Of a stretch of 64,000 nucleotides of DNA, positions 48,828 through 58,259 are shown piece after piece. Below the pieces are notes generated by a model. The model searched no databases. It was not told where the DNA came from and saw only the letters and a program-made list of their open reading frames with translations. Both the position numbers and the translations under genes were made by a program. This stretch comes from Nitrospirota bacterium. Lineage in GTDB: Bacteria; UBA2233. How positions within the stretch are numbered: the stretch's first letter is position 1; every line of letters begins with the position of its first letter. Location: positions 101,246-165,245 of the forward strand of contig WOZJ01000057.1 in assembly GCA_011620345.1 (NCBI GenBank). The letters are read 5' to 3'.

Positions 48828-49306
48828 TCATTCTTGGCTCCAAGAGCGATGCCGCAACCATCCAGCCGTGCCTTGAGATCCTGGCCCGTGCAGGGGTTCC
48901 GGCCCGCGTTCGTATCGCTTCAGCGCACAGGTCGCCCAAATTCCTAGACGAGATCATTCAGAAGGCGAACGAGGACCCGGAAGTGGCGGTTATCCTTGCC
49001 GCGGCGGGCCAAGCCGCCCACCTTCCCGGAGTGGTTGCGTCAAAGACGCTCAAGCCGGTTCTCGGGGTTGCTATTGCGGGCCCCCCTCTTCAAGGGGTAG
49101 ATGCCATGCTCTCGATCGTTTCCATGCCAAAGGGCGTTCCATGCCCCCTTGTGGGCTTGGACAAGTCGGGGGCGGTCAACGGTGCGCTTTTTGCCTTAAG
49201 AGTGCTAGCCGTTCATGACACAAAAGCTATGGCCTTCTTGGAAGGCTACCAAAAGGAACTCGAAGAGGCCGTCCGGAGGGATGACGCCCAAGAGGGCCAT
49301 CTTTAG
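48812..49306 (+). CDS. purE: N5-carboxyaminoimidazole ribonucleotide mutase PurE
   Basis: VVIILGSKSDAATIQPC ... AHRSP ... AGQAAHLPGVVAS, typical PurE class I. Confidence 0.85.
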   Translation: MASVVIILGSKSDAATIQPCLEILARAGVPARVRIASAHRSPKFLDEIIQKANEDPEVAVILAAAGQAAHLPGVVASKTLKPVLGVAIAGPPLQGVDAMLSIVSMPKGVPCPLVGLDKSGAVNGALFALRVLAVHDTKAMAFLEGYQKELEEAVRRDDAQEGHL

Positions 49307-49462
49307 GCTTTCTTGGGAGGGCTTTCGGATGCCTTTGTATCCCAAAAGTCCACGAGGATTCTGATATTTCGCAAAAGTTCGGCGTTTTTGCTCGAGAGCC
49401 TAAGGACATACCCGAAAAGGCCTGCCCAGAGGACTAGATAGGCGGCGGTTAAGTATTCCACG

Positions 49463-50176
49463 CTAACAAACCTCCATTTGCATGCGCACTTTTTTAAGGA
49501 GCGTTTTTGCACGGGCAAGGGCGAATCGCTCTACCAAAAGGACGGCAAAGAAGAATAGGAACGTTACGAGGCTGATCCATAGCGTTTCGGCCATAGGCTG
49601 ATCTAGGCCTGCACCCTTCCGGCCAGACAGAACGCTAGGATGGATGCTTCGCCACCATTTGACGGACATCCTTACGATGGGGACGTCAAGGAAGGCTATA
49701 ATCCCGAGCACGGCAGCAGCCCTCTTCCCCTGCTCACTTTCGAGCGAGAGGTGTCGAAGAAGCAGGTATCCGACGTACAGAACCCAGAGGATCAGTGTCG
49801 TAGTGAGGCGATTGTCCCACGTCCAGTAGGCGCCCCATGCAGGCTTTGCCCAGATCGGCCCCGTTATCAGCACCAGAGAGCAGCATGCGACGCCCACTTC
49901 GGCCAGGCTGGAAGCAAGGTCGTCAAACACGTCCTTACGAACGGCAAGAAAGGCGATGCTCGCGACGAAAACGCCGAAGAATGCTGTGAATGCGCCGATT
50001 GCGCACGGCAGGTGTATGTAGAAGATTTTCTGCACGACCCCTTGATAAGAGTCGATAGGCGTGAACCAAAAGATGCGGATAAAGCCTCCAAGCACGCCCA
50101 GGCATGCCGCAGTTACGGCGAGCGTGTTCAACCGCGATGCGTAGTACCGTTCGAGCATCTTGTCGAGCATTGGCAT
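49463..50176 (-). CDS. ccmC: Heme exporter protein CcmC
   Basis: Six TM helices and the WWD domain WGAYWTWDNRLT with flanking His residues. Confidence 0.85.
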   Translation of the reverse strand: MPMLDKMLERYYASRLNTLAVTAACLGVLGGFIRIFWFTPIDSYQGVVQKIFYIHLPCAIGAFTAFFGVFVASIAFLAVRKDVFDDLASSLAEVGVACCSLVLITGPIWAKPAWGAYWTWDNRLTTTLILWVLYVGYLLLRHLSLESEQGKRAAAVLGIIAFLDVPIVRMSVKWWRSIHPSVLSGRKGAGLDQPMAETLWISLVTFLFFFAVLLVERFALARAKTLLKKVRMQMEVC

Positions 50177-50178
50177 GG

Positions 50179-50856
50179 CTATTCTTCCAAAACATGTTCA
50201 ATAAGCAACAGACCCATCCCAAAGTAAAGCAAGTCAAACCCAACAAGGAGACTTCCCCAGCCGGATCCCATCTCGAACCGGCCGTTGAGCCCTTGGCGCA
50301 TGAGCGAGGAGGAGGCGAGCAGCGGAGGAATCATCAGCGGATAGAGCAACACTGCCAAGAGTACATGCCTTGCCCTGACATTCCAGGACAAGAGCGTCAT
50401 GAGGGTGCCGAGCGCGCTAAACCCAAAAAGGAATAGCATCTCGACCCATACTACCCAAAGAAGCTGAAGCCATGTAAGCGAAAGCCCCAAAAACGCGATA
50501 AAAACGGGTAGGGATACGATCCCGACCATAAACAGGAACGCAAGCGTAGAAAAGGTCTTTCCTAGGTAGAGGGAGCTAAGCCCTACCGGGGACACGACGA
50601 TTCCGTACAAGCCATCGTCCCTACGCTCCCGCTCGATCGCCTTTTCGAGCGCCAGGATGCCGCTTAACGCCAAAAGCGTCAGGTAGAGGGCGGGGAAGAG
50701 CTGGCGGGATTGATCGGGCAATGGCGAAAGCGAGAACACGAACAAGAGCAACAATACGAGGCAGAAAAGCCCCAAAGGGATAAAAATCTCCTTAGAGCGG
50801 GCCTCAATCATAAAATCCCTTTGGACGAGCGCCCAGGTTGCCGTGAGGGTACTCAT
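50179..50856 (-). CDS. ccmB: Heme exporter permease CcmB
   Basis: Six-TM ABC-2-type permease placed between ccmA and ccmC. CcmB-like FxxDxxxGxxE region (ALEKAIERERRDDGLYG). Confidence 0.75.
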   Translation of the reverse strand: MSTLTATWALVQRDFMIEARSKEIFIPLGLFCLVLLLLFVFSLSPLPDQSRQLFPALYLTLLALSGILALEKAIERERRDDGLYGIVVSPVGLSSLYLGKTFSTLAFLFMVGIVSLPVFIAFLGLSLTWLQLLWVVWVEMLFLFGFSALGTLMTLLSWNVRARHVLLAVLLYPLMIPPLLASSSLMRQGLNGRFEMGSGWGSLLVGFDLLYFGMGLLLIEHVLEE

Positions 50857-51557
50857 GCGAGCGCTTCCATGACAACGTTCATTAAGGCGGGGTTGTCTGC
50901 CTCCGACTCGGCCACGATCCGTCCGCCCTTGATCAGCAAGACGGTGGTGGCAAGCTCCTTTGCAAACGCAAGGTCATGGCTCGTGAACAGGACGGTGGTA
51001 GGCTGGACAAAAAGGTCACGAGCGAAACCAAGGGCTTCCTCGTCGAGCCCGTTGAATGGCTCGTCGAGGATAAGCAGCCTTGGCTCGTGTAGACGAACCC
51101 TCACAAGGGCTAGCCGCTGGCGTTGGCCAGTGGAGAGCGTGAATACAGGGCTACGGCGGGCATGCTCAAGGCCTGCCCAGGAAAAAAGCCCTTCGATACG
51201 CTCGTCCAGCGATTGCTTGTCCATGCCGTACAGCTTTCCAAAGAAGTGCAAATTTTCTTCGAGGGTTAACTCTTCGGCAAAAAACCCCCGGCTTAAAAGC
51301 AGCCCCAAGTGCCGCAAAGAAGCCCTTGGGGCCTGATCGATCGGATGTCCGAAGAGCCGGACATGCCCGCTGTTTGGCCTTTGGATGCCGCAAAGAAGCT
51401 TAAGCAAGGTGGTTTTCCCTGCCCCGTTGGGCCCGTAGAGTAACACCCGCTCATTTTGTCCGAGTCTCAGGTGAACACTTCGAAGAACCCAGCGTTCAGA
51501 TAGCACTTTCGAAACACCAACAGCTTCTAGCAGCGGTGGGGAGGTATCTTGAGCCAT
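50853..51557 (-). CDS. ccmA: Cytochrome c biogenesis ABC ATPase CcmA
   Basis: Walker A GPNGAGKTTLLK, signature LSTGQRQR, Walker B LLILDEP. Overlaps the ccmB start (ATGA-type coupling). Confidence 0.85.
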   Translation of the reverse strand: MAQDTSPPLLEAVGVSKVLSERWVLRSVHLRLGQNERVLLYGPNGAGKTTLLKLLCGIQRPNSGHVRLFGHPIDQAPRASLRHLGLLLSRGFFAEELTLEENLHFFGKLYGMDKQSLDERIEGLFSWAGLEHARRSPVFTLSTGQRQRLALVRVRLHEPRLLILDEPFNGLDEEALGFARDLFVQPTTVLFTSHDLAFAKELATTVLLIKGGRIVAESEADNPALMNVVMEALA

Positions 51558-51581
51558 AGCTCGTAGGCTTTTGCTTAAGAC

Positions 51582-52292
51582 TTAAGAAGAAAGAGTCATG
51601 CCGCGGCGCCTGGATCGCGCCCTAAAGGCAAACAGCAAAAGAAGCCCTATGCCGATCCCGCCCGCGATGATCAAGCCTGGGTGGATCGATTTTCCCCCTT
51701 GCGCGTGGAATACCACGACGAGAGACGGAGCGCCGGGAAGGCCGGCATGGCCGACGTAGTGCTCAAACGTTTGGGGAGCCTTGTCGGCGGGCAGCACCTC
51801 GTCTTCGAGTTTGCTTGCCCCTTCGACGGTGACTGCAAACACCCCTCCCTTTGGAACAAAAATCTCAACGGGATGAGGCGAAGCAACCCTTCCTGGTTCG
51901 AAGCGAAAAGGCTTTGAACCCATCGTAACCGTGTAAGCGAGGCTGAACTGATTCTGGCCTAGTCTTACCCCCCCAGTGTAGACGACGTTCTCCTTCTTAA
52001 GCTTTGCGCCAGCATCAAGGCCATGCAGCAACTTTACTCCGTTTGCGCCGGAAGGAAGAGGAAACTTTAGCGCATTGCTCCCTTCGAGCTTGTCCAAGGC
52101 CAGCTTGGATGCAAGCACGTATACCTCCATAACATCGATAGATTGGTCGTCTTTAGGAAGAAGGACAAGGCTCCTCCGAGCAGAAGCGACGAACGACGGG
52201 AAAGCGACCGCCGGTTCCTCGGCCATGAGCGTTCCAGAGAAGATCCACGCGGTAGCCAAAAATCCGCAAGCAAGGCTAAATACAGACTTCAT
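51582..52292 (-). CDS. Hypothetical exported protein with C-terminal TM anchor, encoded inside the ccm operon
   Basis: 236 aa. N-terminal signal-like hydrophobic segment, ~190 aa soluble domain without Cys motifs, then a C-terminal TM helix (LIIAGGIGIGLLLLFAF) and an RSRRR tail. I recognise no homology. Confidence 0.5.
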   Translation of the reverse strand: MKSVFSLACGFLATAWIFSGTLMAEEPAVAFPSFVASARRSLVLLPKDDQSIDVMEVYVLASKLALDKLEGSNALKFPLPSGANGVKLLHGLDAGAKLKKENVVYTGGVRLGQNQFSLAYTVTMGSKPFRFEPGRVASPHPVEIFVPKGGVFAVTVEGASKLEDEVLPADKAPQTFEHYVGHAGLPGAPSLVVVFHAQGGKSIHPGLIIAGGIGIGLLLLFAFRARSRRRGMTLSS

Positions 52293-52417
52293 GGGTTTTT
52301 TGTATCCTTTCGTTTGGGTTTGAGAGCGTGCCCAGAATCCTGCCCCTCCAAGAAGGGCAGGATCAAGTAGGACAAAACCACCCCAACCAGGATCATTTCT
52401 ACAAGTGCAATCGTCAT
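52289..52417 (-). CDS. Small single-TM peptide (42 aa), possible CcmD-like component
   Basis: MTIALVEMILVGVVLSYLILPFLEGQDSGHALKPKRKDTKNP: one TM helix plus a basic tail. Start abuts the ccmF stop. Assignment is by position and topology only. Confidence 0.3.
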   Translation of the reverse strand: MTIALVEMILVGVVLSYLILPFLEGQDSGHALKPKRKDTKNP

Positions 52418-52422
52418 CGTCT

Positions 52423-54384
52423 CTAGCTCGCTATATCTACAAAGTTTTTTTGTCCGGCGAATTCTGGAGATTTGTCTGCCAAAGGAATGAGCGTAAGGAC
52501 CCCTCCAAGACACATGAGCGTTCCTCCAAGCCAAAGGAATCCAATCAGCGGGTTGTCGTGAACCTCAAACACACCTTGTTGATGCTGGAAATCATAGCCC
52601 GCAAGGACGGCATAAACGTCTCCGCTGGGCCTTGACCGGATGGCTACTCGCGTTACAGGCTGCTCTTGATTTTTTAGGAATGTCTTGCTAGGCACGAGCG
52701 AGGAGACGAAGGTTCCGTTTTTGTACAGGTGAAGAAGAGAGGAGATTGTAATCCAAGGACCATCTTGCTTAAAAGCCAGCCCATCGAACACCAGCTGATT
52801 GTCCCCGACCGAGGTCGATTCCCCCTTCTTCAGGCTTACTTCTTGCTTGGTGTGGCCATACTGCCCAAACACACCAAAAAGAGAGATCACCAAGCCAGTG
52901 TGGACAAGGATCGCTCCAACACGCCGTATTCTTAGGTCTCCAAGAAAGGCGCTAACCAGCGCGTGTTTCAGGATGCCTACAGCCGCGAACCCCAAAAAGG
53001 CCATCCCTACCAACTCATTGAGATGTCGAAGCCCAAATATCCCCCATGCGAGCCCACCAACGACAAGGCCCCCGATGATGGGCCCAAGCAGCGAAGAAAG
53101 GGTACGTTTGAGTGTCTCGGGAGATGGTGGCAGGAAAAGGCCGGCCCCTAGCGTGAACAGCAATGCCCAGGCGAGAGGAGCGTTGATCTTGTTGAAGAAA
53201 GCCGCCCCTAAACTGAGCTTTTGCCCGATGAATGCTTCCGAAACTAGCGGGAATATCGTTCCCCAAAACGTCGTGAACGTCATGGCGACGAGAATCACGC
53301 AGGTGAAAACCAGCGCGGAAGGACGCGAGAGCAAAGGAAGGCTCTCTAGGTTTTTCTCGCCCTTGAGGAGCCCGCGCCGCAAGAAGATCAGGCCGAATCC
53401 GTAGACCAAAAGCGCAAACAGAAACGCCGTGAAGCTGATTGTAAAGGTCTTATTTTGGACGAAGGCGTGAACCGAGCTGATGATACCGCTCCGCGTGAGG
53501 AAGGTTCCAAAGATGGTCAGCCCAAAAGAAAAAACGACGAGGGCAAGGTTCCATTTCTTCAGCAGCCCCGTGCGGGCCTGCAGCAGCAACGTATGCAATA
53601 GAGCTGAAAGCGTAAGCCAAGGCAGCAATCCCGCGTTCTCGACAGGGTCCCATGCCCAGAAGCCGCCCCACCCTAACGTTTCGTATGCCCAGTTGCCCCC
53701 CAAAAGGTTTCCGATTCCCAAAAGCCCCCATGACCCAAGGCAGAACGTTCGAATCGCCCGAAAGGCGCTCGGGTTGTCGAATTTGGCGAGCAGCATCCCC
53801 ACAACGAGCGCGTAGGGAACCGTCGCGCTGATGTAGCCAAGATACAAGGTAGGCGGGTGGATGGCCATGATCGGATGCTGGAGTTGTGCATTGAGGCCTA
53901 GTCCTTCGGCAGGCGTGAAAGGGAGTAGCGTAAATGGGTTCGTAACGAAAACGACGAGTGCCAAAAAGAAAACGAGCACGCCCAGGATGGCGTGGTATGA
54001 GTACAGGCTAACGTTTAAGGGTAGCCCGAACGTCTTTCTGAAGGTCAAGAGCGAAACGACCCCCATCAAAGCGACCATCCAGGCCCAAAGAAGCAGCGAG
54101 CCGGCCTGGCCTGCCCAGAATGCGGTCATCGTGTATAAAAAGGGAAGATCTTTCGAGACGTGGCTTGCTACGTACTCAACCCTTAGGTCTTTGGTTGCCA
54201 AAAGTTCTATCAGACATAGAGAGGCAACGGAAAGGAGCCCAAACGACGCAACAATCGTTCTTGTCGCACTCTTGGCCAAACGGGCCTTTTCTTTTGGATT
54301 CTTGGCGGCCGTAAAGGCTGAAACAGACCCGTAAAGAGCGACAAGAAGGGCAAGAAGAAGGGCGAAACTTCCAAGGCTTGCCAT
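52423..54384 (-). CDS. ccmF: Cytochrome c-type biogenesis protein CcmF
   Basis: ~650 aa polytopic protein with the WWD domain GFWAWDPVENAGLLPWL and conserved His residues. Start taken at MASLGSFALL so it abuts ccmE; the six-frame ORF extends to 54447. Confidence 0.9.
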   Translation of the reverse strand: MASLGSFALLLALLVALYGSVSAFTAAKNPKEKARLAKSATRTIVASFGLLSVASLCLIELLATKDLRVEYVASHVSKDLPFLYTMTAFWAGQAGSLLLWAWMVALMGVVSLLTFRKTFGLPLNVSLYSYHAILGVLVFFLALVVFVTNPFTLLPFTPAEGLGLNAQLQHPIMAIHPPTLYLGYISATVPYALVVGMLLAKFDNPSAFRAIRTFCLGSWGLLGIGNLLGGNWAYETLGWGGFWAWDPVENAGLLPWLTLSALLHTLLLQARTGLLKKWNLALVVFSFGLTIFGTFLTRSGIISSVHAFVQNKTFTISFTAFLFALLVYGFGLIFLRRGLLKGEKNLESLPLLSRPSALVFTCVILVAMTFTTFWGTIFPLVSEAFIGQKLSLGAAFFNKINAPLAWALLFTLGAGLFLPPSPETLKRTLSSLLGPIIGGLVVGGLAWGIFGLRHLNELVGMAFLGFAAVGILKHALVSAFLGDLRIRRVGAILVHTGLVISLFGVFGQYGHTKQEVSLKKGESTSVGDNQLVFDGLAFKQDGPWITISSLLHLYKNGTFVSSLVPSKTFLKNQEQPVTRVAIRSRPSGDVYAVLAGYDFQHQQGVFEVHDNPLIGFLWLGGTLMCLGGVLTLIPLADKSPEFAGQKNFVDIAS

Positions 54385-54386
54385 GC

Positions 54387-54815
54387 CTACCTCGTTTTGT
54401 TTTGCGAAGGGTTGGTCTCCGACTTGGCGCTGTAGCGCGAAGGACAACTCGTCAGGAGTGTTTTGGCCTCAAATGTTCCGTTCGCCAGGGTGCCCTGGAC
54501 GATGACCTGCCCCCCCTCGCGCAGCATGTCGGGTACAGCCCCCCGGTAAGCCACCGGGATCTCTCCTGTTTCGTCCGTTAGCACGAAAAAGGCCCCAAGG
54601 CCGCTCGGTTGTTTGGCGATCGAGCCTTGTTTCACCTTTCCGATCACCCTGACCTCGGGTTTGGACTCTAAGAATTTTGGAATATCTCGGACAGGAACAG
54701 AATAAGTGCTGGCCTCCCTGACAGCCCCATACACAAGGTAGGAGAAGCCCACCAAGAGGATTCCGAGCGCCACGACAAGCTTGGATTTTGGTACACGCAT
54801 AAAAAGAACCTCCAA
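54387..54815 (-). CDS. ccmE: Heme chaperone CcmE, Cys variant (CxxxY in place of HxxxY)
   Basis: N-terminal TM anchor and OB-fold (VRVIGKVKQGSI ... GGQVIVQGTL). Where E. coli has LAKHDENY this protein reads LTSCPSRY, so the heme-binding His is replaced by Cys. Confidence 0.85.
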   Translation of the reverse strand: MEVLFMRVPKSKLVVALGILLVGFSYLVYGAVREASTYSVPVRDIPKFLESKPEVRVIGKVKQGSIAKQPSGLGAFFVLTDETGEIPVAYRGAVPDMLREGGQVIVQGTLANGTFEAKTLLTSCPSRYSAKSETNPSQNKTR

Positions 54816-54869
54816 GGATATGAGCCTATTTTTTCCCAGTATACCAGGTACGCGGGTAGAATAAAGAGG

Positions 54870-55493
54870 ATGAGGGAAGTGTCAGGCAAAAAAAGCTCTC
54901 GGATCGAGTCCGTTTCGGGTGCCATCAAAGGCGGTGCGCTCGTAGTGTATCCGACGGAGACGTTCTACGCGTTGGGAGCGAGCCTATTTCATTCGCGTGC
55001 GCTTTCGAGAGTGTTCTCCGTAAAGGGCAGAGACCCCTCAAAGCCTTTGCCTTTCATCGCCTCCAGCATCTCTCAAGCGCTTGGGATGCTTGAGGACGAA
55101 TCGGAGACCATCCTTAGGCTGGCGGTTAGTTTTTGGCCGGGGCCTTTGACGATCGTAGGAAGGGCTTCGAGCATTGTCCCTGTTTCTGCCTGTGCCCTCG
55201 ACAAGACGATCGCCATACGCGTCAGTGCCCATCCCGCCGCCCGTGCGTTGGCCAGGTTTTCTGGCTCTCCCGTGACGGCAACATCGGCAAACTTCAGCGG
55301 AGGTCCGCCCGCCAGGTCGCTTGCTGACATGCCAAGTAGGCTGCTTAACCTTGTCGATTGCGTCTTAGACGGCGGTTTACTGCCAGGAGGGCTGCCCTCT
55401 ACTATTGTACGTATGGAAGGGTCCAGTTTGCATGTCCTTAGGGAAGGTGCCGTTCCGTCAGTCGCGTTGTCCCGCGTTGTCCCGCTCTTTTGA
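54870..55493 (+). CDS. tsaC: L-threonylcarbamoyladenylate synthase, YrdC/Sua5 family (TsaC)
   Basis: YrdC domain: GGALVVYPTETFYALGA ... SANFSGGPPA. Confidence 0.75.
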   Translation: MREVSGKKSSRIESVSGAIKGGALVVYPTETFYALGASLFHSRALSRVFSVKGRDPSKPLPFIASSISQALGMLEDESETILRLAVSFWPGPLTIVGRASSIVPVSACALDKTIAIRVSAHPAARALARFSGSPVTATSANFSGGPPARSLADMPSRLLNLVDCVLDGGLLPGGLPSTIVRMEGSSLHVLREGAVPSVALSRVVPLF

Positions 55494-55512
55494 TCAATGG
55501 AGAAAGGGCGTG

Positions 55513-56517
55513 CAACCAGAGGACGGCGATAGATTTCTTAGGACGGTACGGCACCTTTGCACTGGCCCCGTCTCGGCCCTTGGAGGAGAAAGCCTGTCTG
55601 TTCGCCAAGGTAAAGGAAGAGTGTTGATCTCCCGCTTAGGAGGCAGGTATGCATGTCTTGAGACAGAAGGCCTAATGCTCGTGGATCTCGAGGGCAACGT
55701 GCTTTCGGGCATGGGCGATCCGCCCTTCGAGATGGAGTTGCACCTTGGAGTCTACAAAGCGGTTGATGCCGCAAGCTCAGTGTTTTTTTCTCAACCGACG
55801 CTTACGCTTGCGCTGCTGGAAGACGGCCTCTCACCGCATCCTGTAGGCGAACAGGCCTCTTTATGGCTCGGTTTGCTCCCTTCGTTAAGACCTGATGGAT
55901 TGCTGGATGACTATGTTACGGATATTTTGCATGTTTTAAGCTATTCCAATCTATGCCTGCTCCCCAAGAAGGGCGTGGTCACGCTTGGAAGAACGCCCGG
56001 AGAGGCGCTTTGGCTTTGCAGCTTGATCGAAGAGTCCTCTATGGCGACGCTCGAGCTGATCCGCCTAGATTCGGGTTTGCATCAAAGCTTAAAAGAGGCG
56101 AAAATTGAAGAAGCTTTTTTTATTTCTCCGTTTCCTTGGCCTTTATTCGGAAAGGCGCACCGCAAATTCATCTCGGACAAAATCGCCTTGCATCAAGACG
56201 ATCTTGTAGGTTCCCTCGAGGGCCTGCCTCCTTTCGAGACGGTCTTTTGTCTGGCCGAAGTAGCCGATGCTCCCAAAAGGAGGCTTGAGGTAAGATTCAC
56301 CCATGACGGCGTGCGCCTTCTTGGGGTCGAAAAAAGGCTTGAGAATGCAGTGAGAATCGAAGGCGGGTTCCCCGTGTTCGAGGCGTTGTTTTCGGGAAAG
56401 ACTACCCTGGCAAGCGCCGTGCTTCATGGTAGGTTGCAAAGGTCCGGCCTTTCCTTACGCCAACTTCGTCCTTTTTTGAGGCCGCTTGAAGGCTTTTTGC
56501 GCGCAGTGCTGCCATGA
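55513..56517 (+). CDS. Class II aldolase/adducin-like domain protein with metal-binding His residues replaced, plus C-terminal SCP2-like domain
   Basis: GESLSVRQGKG..ISRLGG...LVDLEGN...PPFEMELHLGVYKA matches the class II aldolase N-terminal half. The zinc-ligand H-x-H position reads FFSQPT and NHG reads KKG. C-terminal ~120 aa resembles a sterol-carrier-like fold. GTG start with RBS ggagaaaggg directly after the tsaC stop; the six-frame ORF begins at 55405. Confidence 0.5.
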   Translation, partial: QPEDGDRFLRTVRHLCTGPVSALGGESLSVRQGKGRVLISRLGGRYACLETEGLMLVDLEGNVLSGMGDPPFEMELHLGVYKAVDAASSVFFSQPTLTLALLEDGLSPHPVGEQASLWLGLLPSLRPDGLLDDYVTDILHVLSYSNLCLLPKKGVVTLGRTPGEALWLCSLIEESSMATLELIRLDSGLHQSLKEAKIEEAFFISPFPWPLFGKAHRKFISDKIALHQDDLVGSLEGLPPFETVFCLAEVADAPKRRLEVRFTHDGVRLLGVEKRLENAVRIEGGFPVFEALFSGKTTLASAVLHGRLQRSGLSLRQLRPFLRPLEGFLRAVLP

Positions 56518-58259
56518 ACGGCCGTCTAGGAGAAAACGGCGGCCTTTTGTGGCCGTTGTTCCGAGCGCATTGGAGACCATACCTCGTAGGATTTATCGCC
56601 CTCTTCATCGTGGACGTACTCGATCTTTTGCCCACGCTACTCATTAAGCAGGCCATCGACCGGCTGTCATTAAAGGGGCCTGTTTCGGCGATCGCTGCGC
56701 TGGCGCTTGGCTATAGCCTGATCGTATTCATCCAAGGCTGGTTTCGCTACCTATGGCGCATCTTCTTGATCGGTACGTCCTTCCACATTGACAAGGAGTT
56801 GCGCCACACCCTCATTCAAAAGGTATTTCGCATGCGACCGGATGTCGCAGCAGGCTTAAGCCCAGGCGAACTGATGGGCCATGCCACCCAGGACGTCGAT
56901 GCAGTTCGGATGGCGATGGGCTCCGGCCTGCTCGTCGGTTTGGACGCCGTTCTCTACCTGTTGTTGCTGCCGCCCTTGCTCATTTGGCTGGATGCAGGCC
57001 TTGCGCTTGCCGTTGCTGCTCCGATGGCCTTCGTTCCATTTTTTGTGTTTTGGTTTGGTAAAAACGTGCATTCCCGATTCTCAGAAGTTCAAGAAGAGTT
57101 TGGCGTCGTGACGGAGGTGACGCGGGAAACGTTGGGGGCGATCCTGCAGGTGAAGCTTGCCCCGGACCCTTTGGTCTTTGTCCGCCGATTCCAGGCTGCC
57201 AACATGCGGTTCTTAGAGAAAAACCTTAGGCTCGTCCAACTCCAGGCGCTGATCGAGCCATTCCTTGAAGGCGTAGGAGCGTTTGCACTCGTCTTGCTCA
57301 TGGTAGTGGGCGGGCTTGGAGTTATTCGGGGGGATGTAAGCCTTGGGACGTTCGTGGCCTTTCAGCGCTACATCTCGATGATGGTCTGGCCGATGGTGGC
57401 AATAGGCTGGTCGAGTGCCGTCATCCAACGAGGCAGGGGATCGGCCGCAAGACTACTTAGGGTCCTTAAGCAGCAATCCGAACCGGATGCAATGTTCGAG
57501 CCCAAACTGCAGCTTCCCCCCTTTTACGAGCTTCGTGCCGAAGGGATCTCTTTTGGCTATGGGGCCGAGGCTTTGCTCGAAGGGGTAAGCCTTGCCATAG
57601 GTTCAAACGACCGGCTGGCAATCGTGGGCAGGATTGGTTCGGGCAAGTCTAGCCTCATCAATCTCCTCGCTGGAGTGCTCGAGCCGAAATCCGGCGTTGT
57701 CCTTCTAAACGGAGCGAACATTCGATCTGTAAACTATATGACGCGCTCCAGGCTTTTAGGGGTCGTCGATGCGGAGGCCGTTCTTTTCTCGATGACGCTT
57801 CAAGAAAACATCACACTGGGGCTAGTTGGGTCAGTCATGCCCGATAAGGCAGAAATGCTTGAAGCGTTGAGGGTGGCCGGTTTTGAGGACGACGACCTGC
57901 AAAAGCTTCCAGATGGGCTTGAAACGCTGCTTGGGGAGCGTGGTATGACGCTCTCCGGCGGACAACGCCAACGAATCGCCCTAGCCAGGGCCATTTTGCG
58001 AAAGCCAGGTCTTTTAATCCTAGACGATGCCCTTTCCCAGCTCGACTATGAGACCGAAGCAAAGATTCTGAACAATTTGGCCGAGAAGAACATGGCCATT
58101 GTCCTCGCCACGAACAGGCTCCATACCCTAAGGTTTTTCAAGCGCGTTTACCTCCTGAGGGCAGGACGCATCTTCCCGGCCGTGCCCGAGGCCTTAGACC
58201 GTGAGCTGGCCTGGGGTGGATTGGGAGGAAGTGCGCAAGGGGATGCTCACGATGGCTAG
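56514..58259 (+). CDS. ABC exporter, fused permease/ATPase subunit 1 (MsbA/CydDC-like half transporter)
   Basis: Six-TM type I exporter domain plus NBD (GRIGSGKSSLINLL, LSGGQRQRIALARA, LLILDDALS). ATGA overlap with the upstream gene stop. Confidence 0.85.
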   Translation: MNGRLGENGGLLWPLFRAHWRPYLVGFIALFIVDVLDLLPTLLIKQAIDRLSLKGPVSAIAALALGYSLIVFIQGWFRYLWRIFLIGTSFHIDKELRHTLIQKVFRMRPDVAAGLSPGELMGHATQDVDAVRMAMGSGLLVGLDAVLYLLLLPPLLIWLDAGLALAVAAPMAFVPFFVFWFGKNVHSRFSEVQEEFGVVTEVTRETLGAILQVKLAPDPLVFVRRFQAANMRFLEKNLRLVQLQALIEPFLEGVGAFALVLLMVVGGLGVIRGDVSLGTFVAFQRYISMMVWPMVAIGWSSAVIQRGRGSAARLLRVLKQQSEPDAMFEPKLQLPPFYELRAEGISFGYGAEALLEGVSLAIGSNDRLAIVGRIGSGKSSLINLLAGVLEPKSGVVLLNGANIRSVNYMTRSRLLGVVDAEAVLFSMTLQENITLGLVGSVMPDKAEMLEALRVAGFEDDDLQKLPDGLETLLGERGMTLSGGQRQRIALARAILRKPGLLILDDALSQLDYETEAKILNNLAEKNMAIVLATNRLHTLRFFKRVYLLRAGRIFPAVPEALDRELAWGGLGGSAQGDAHDG

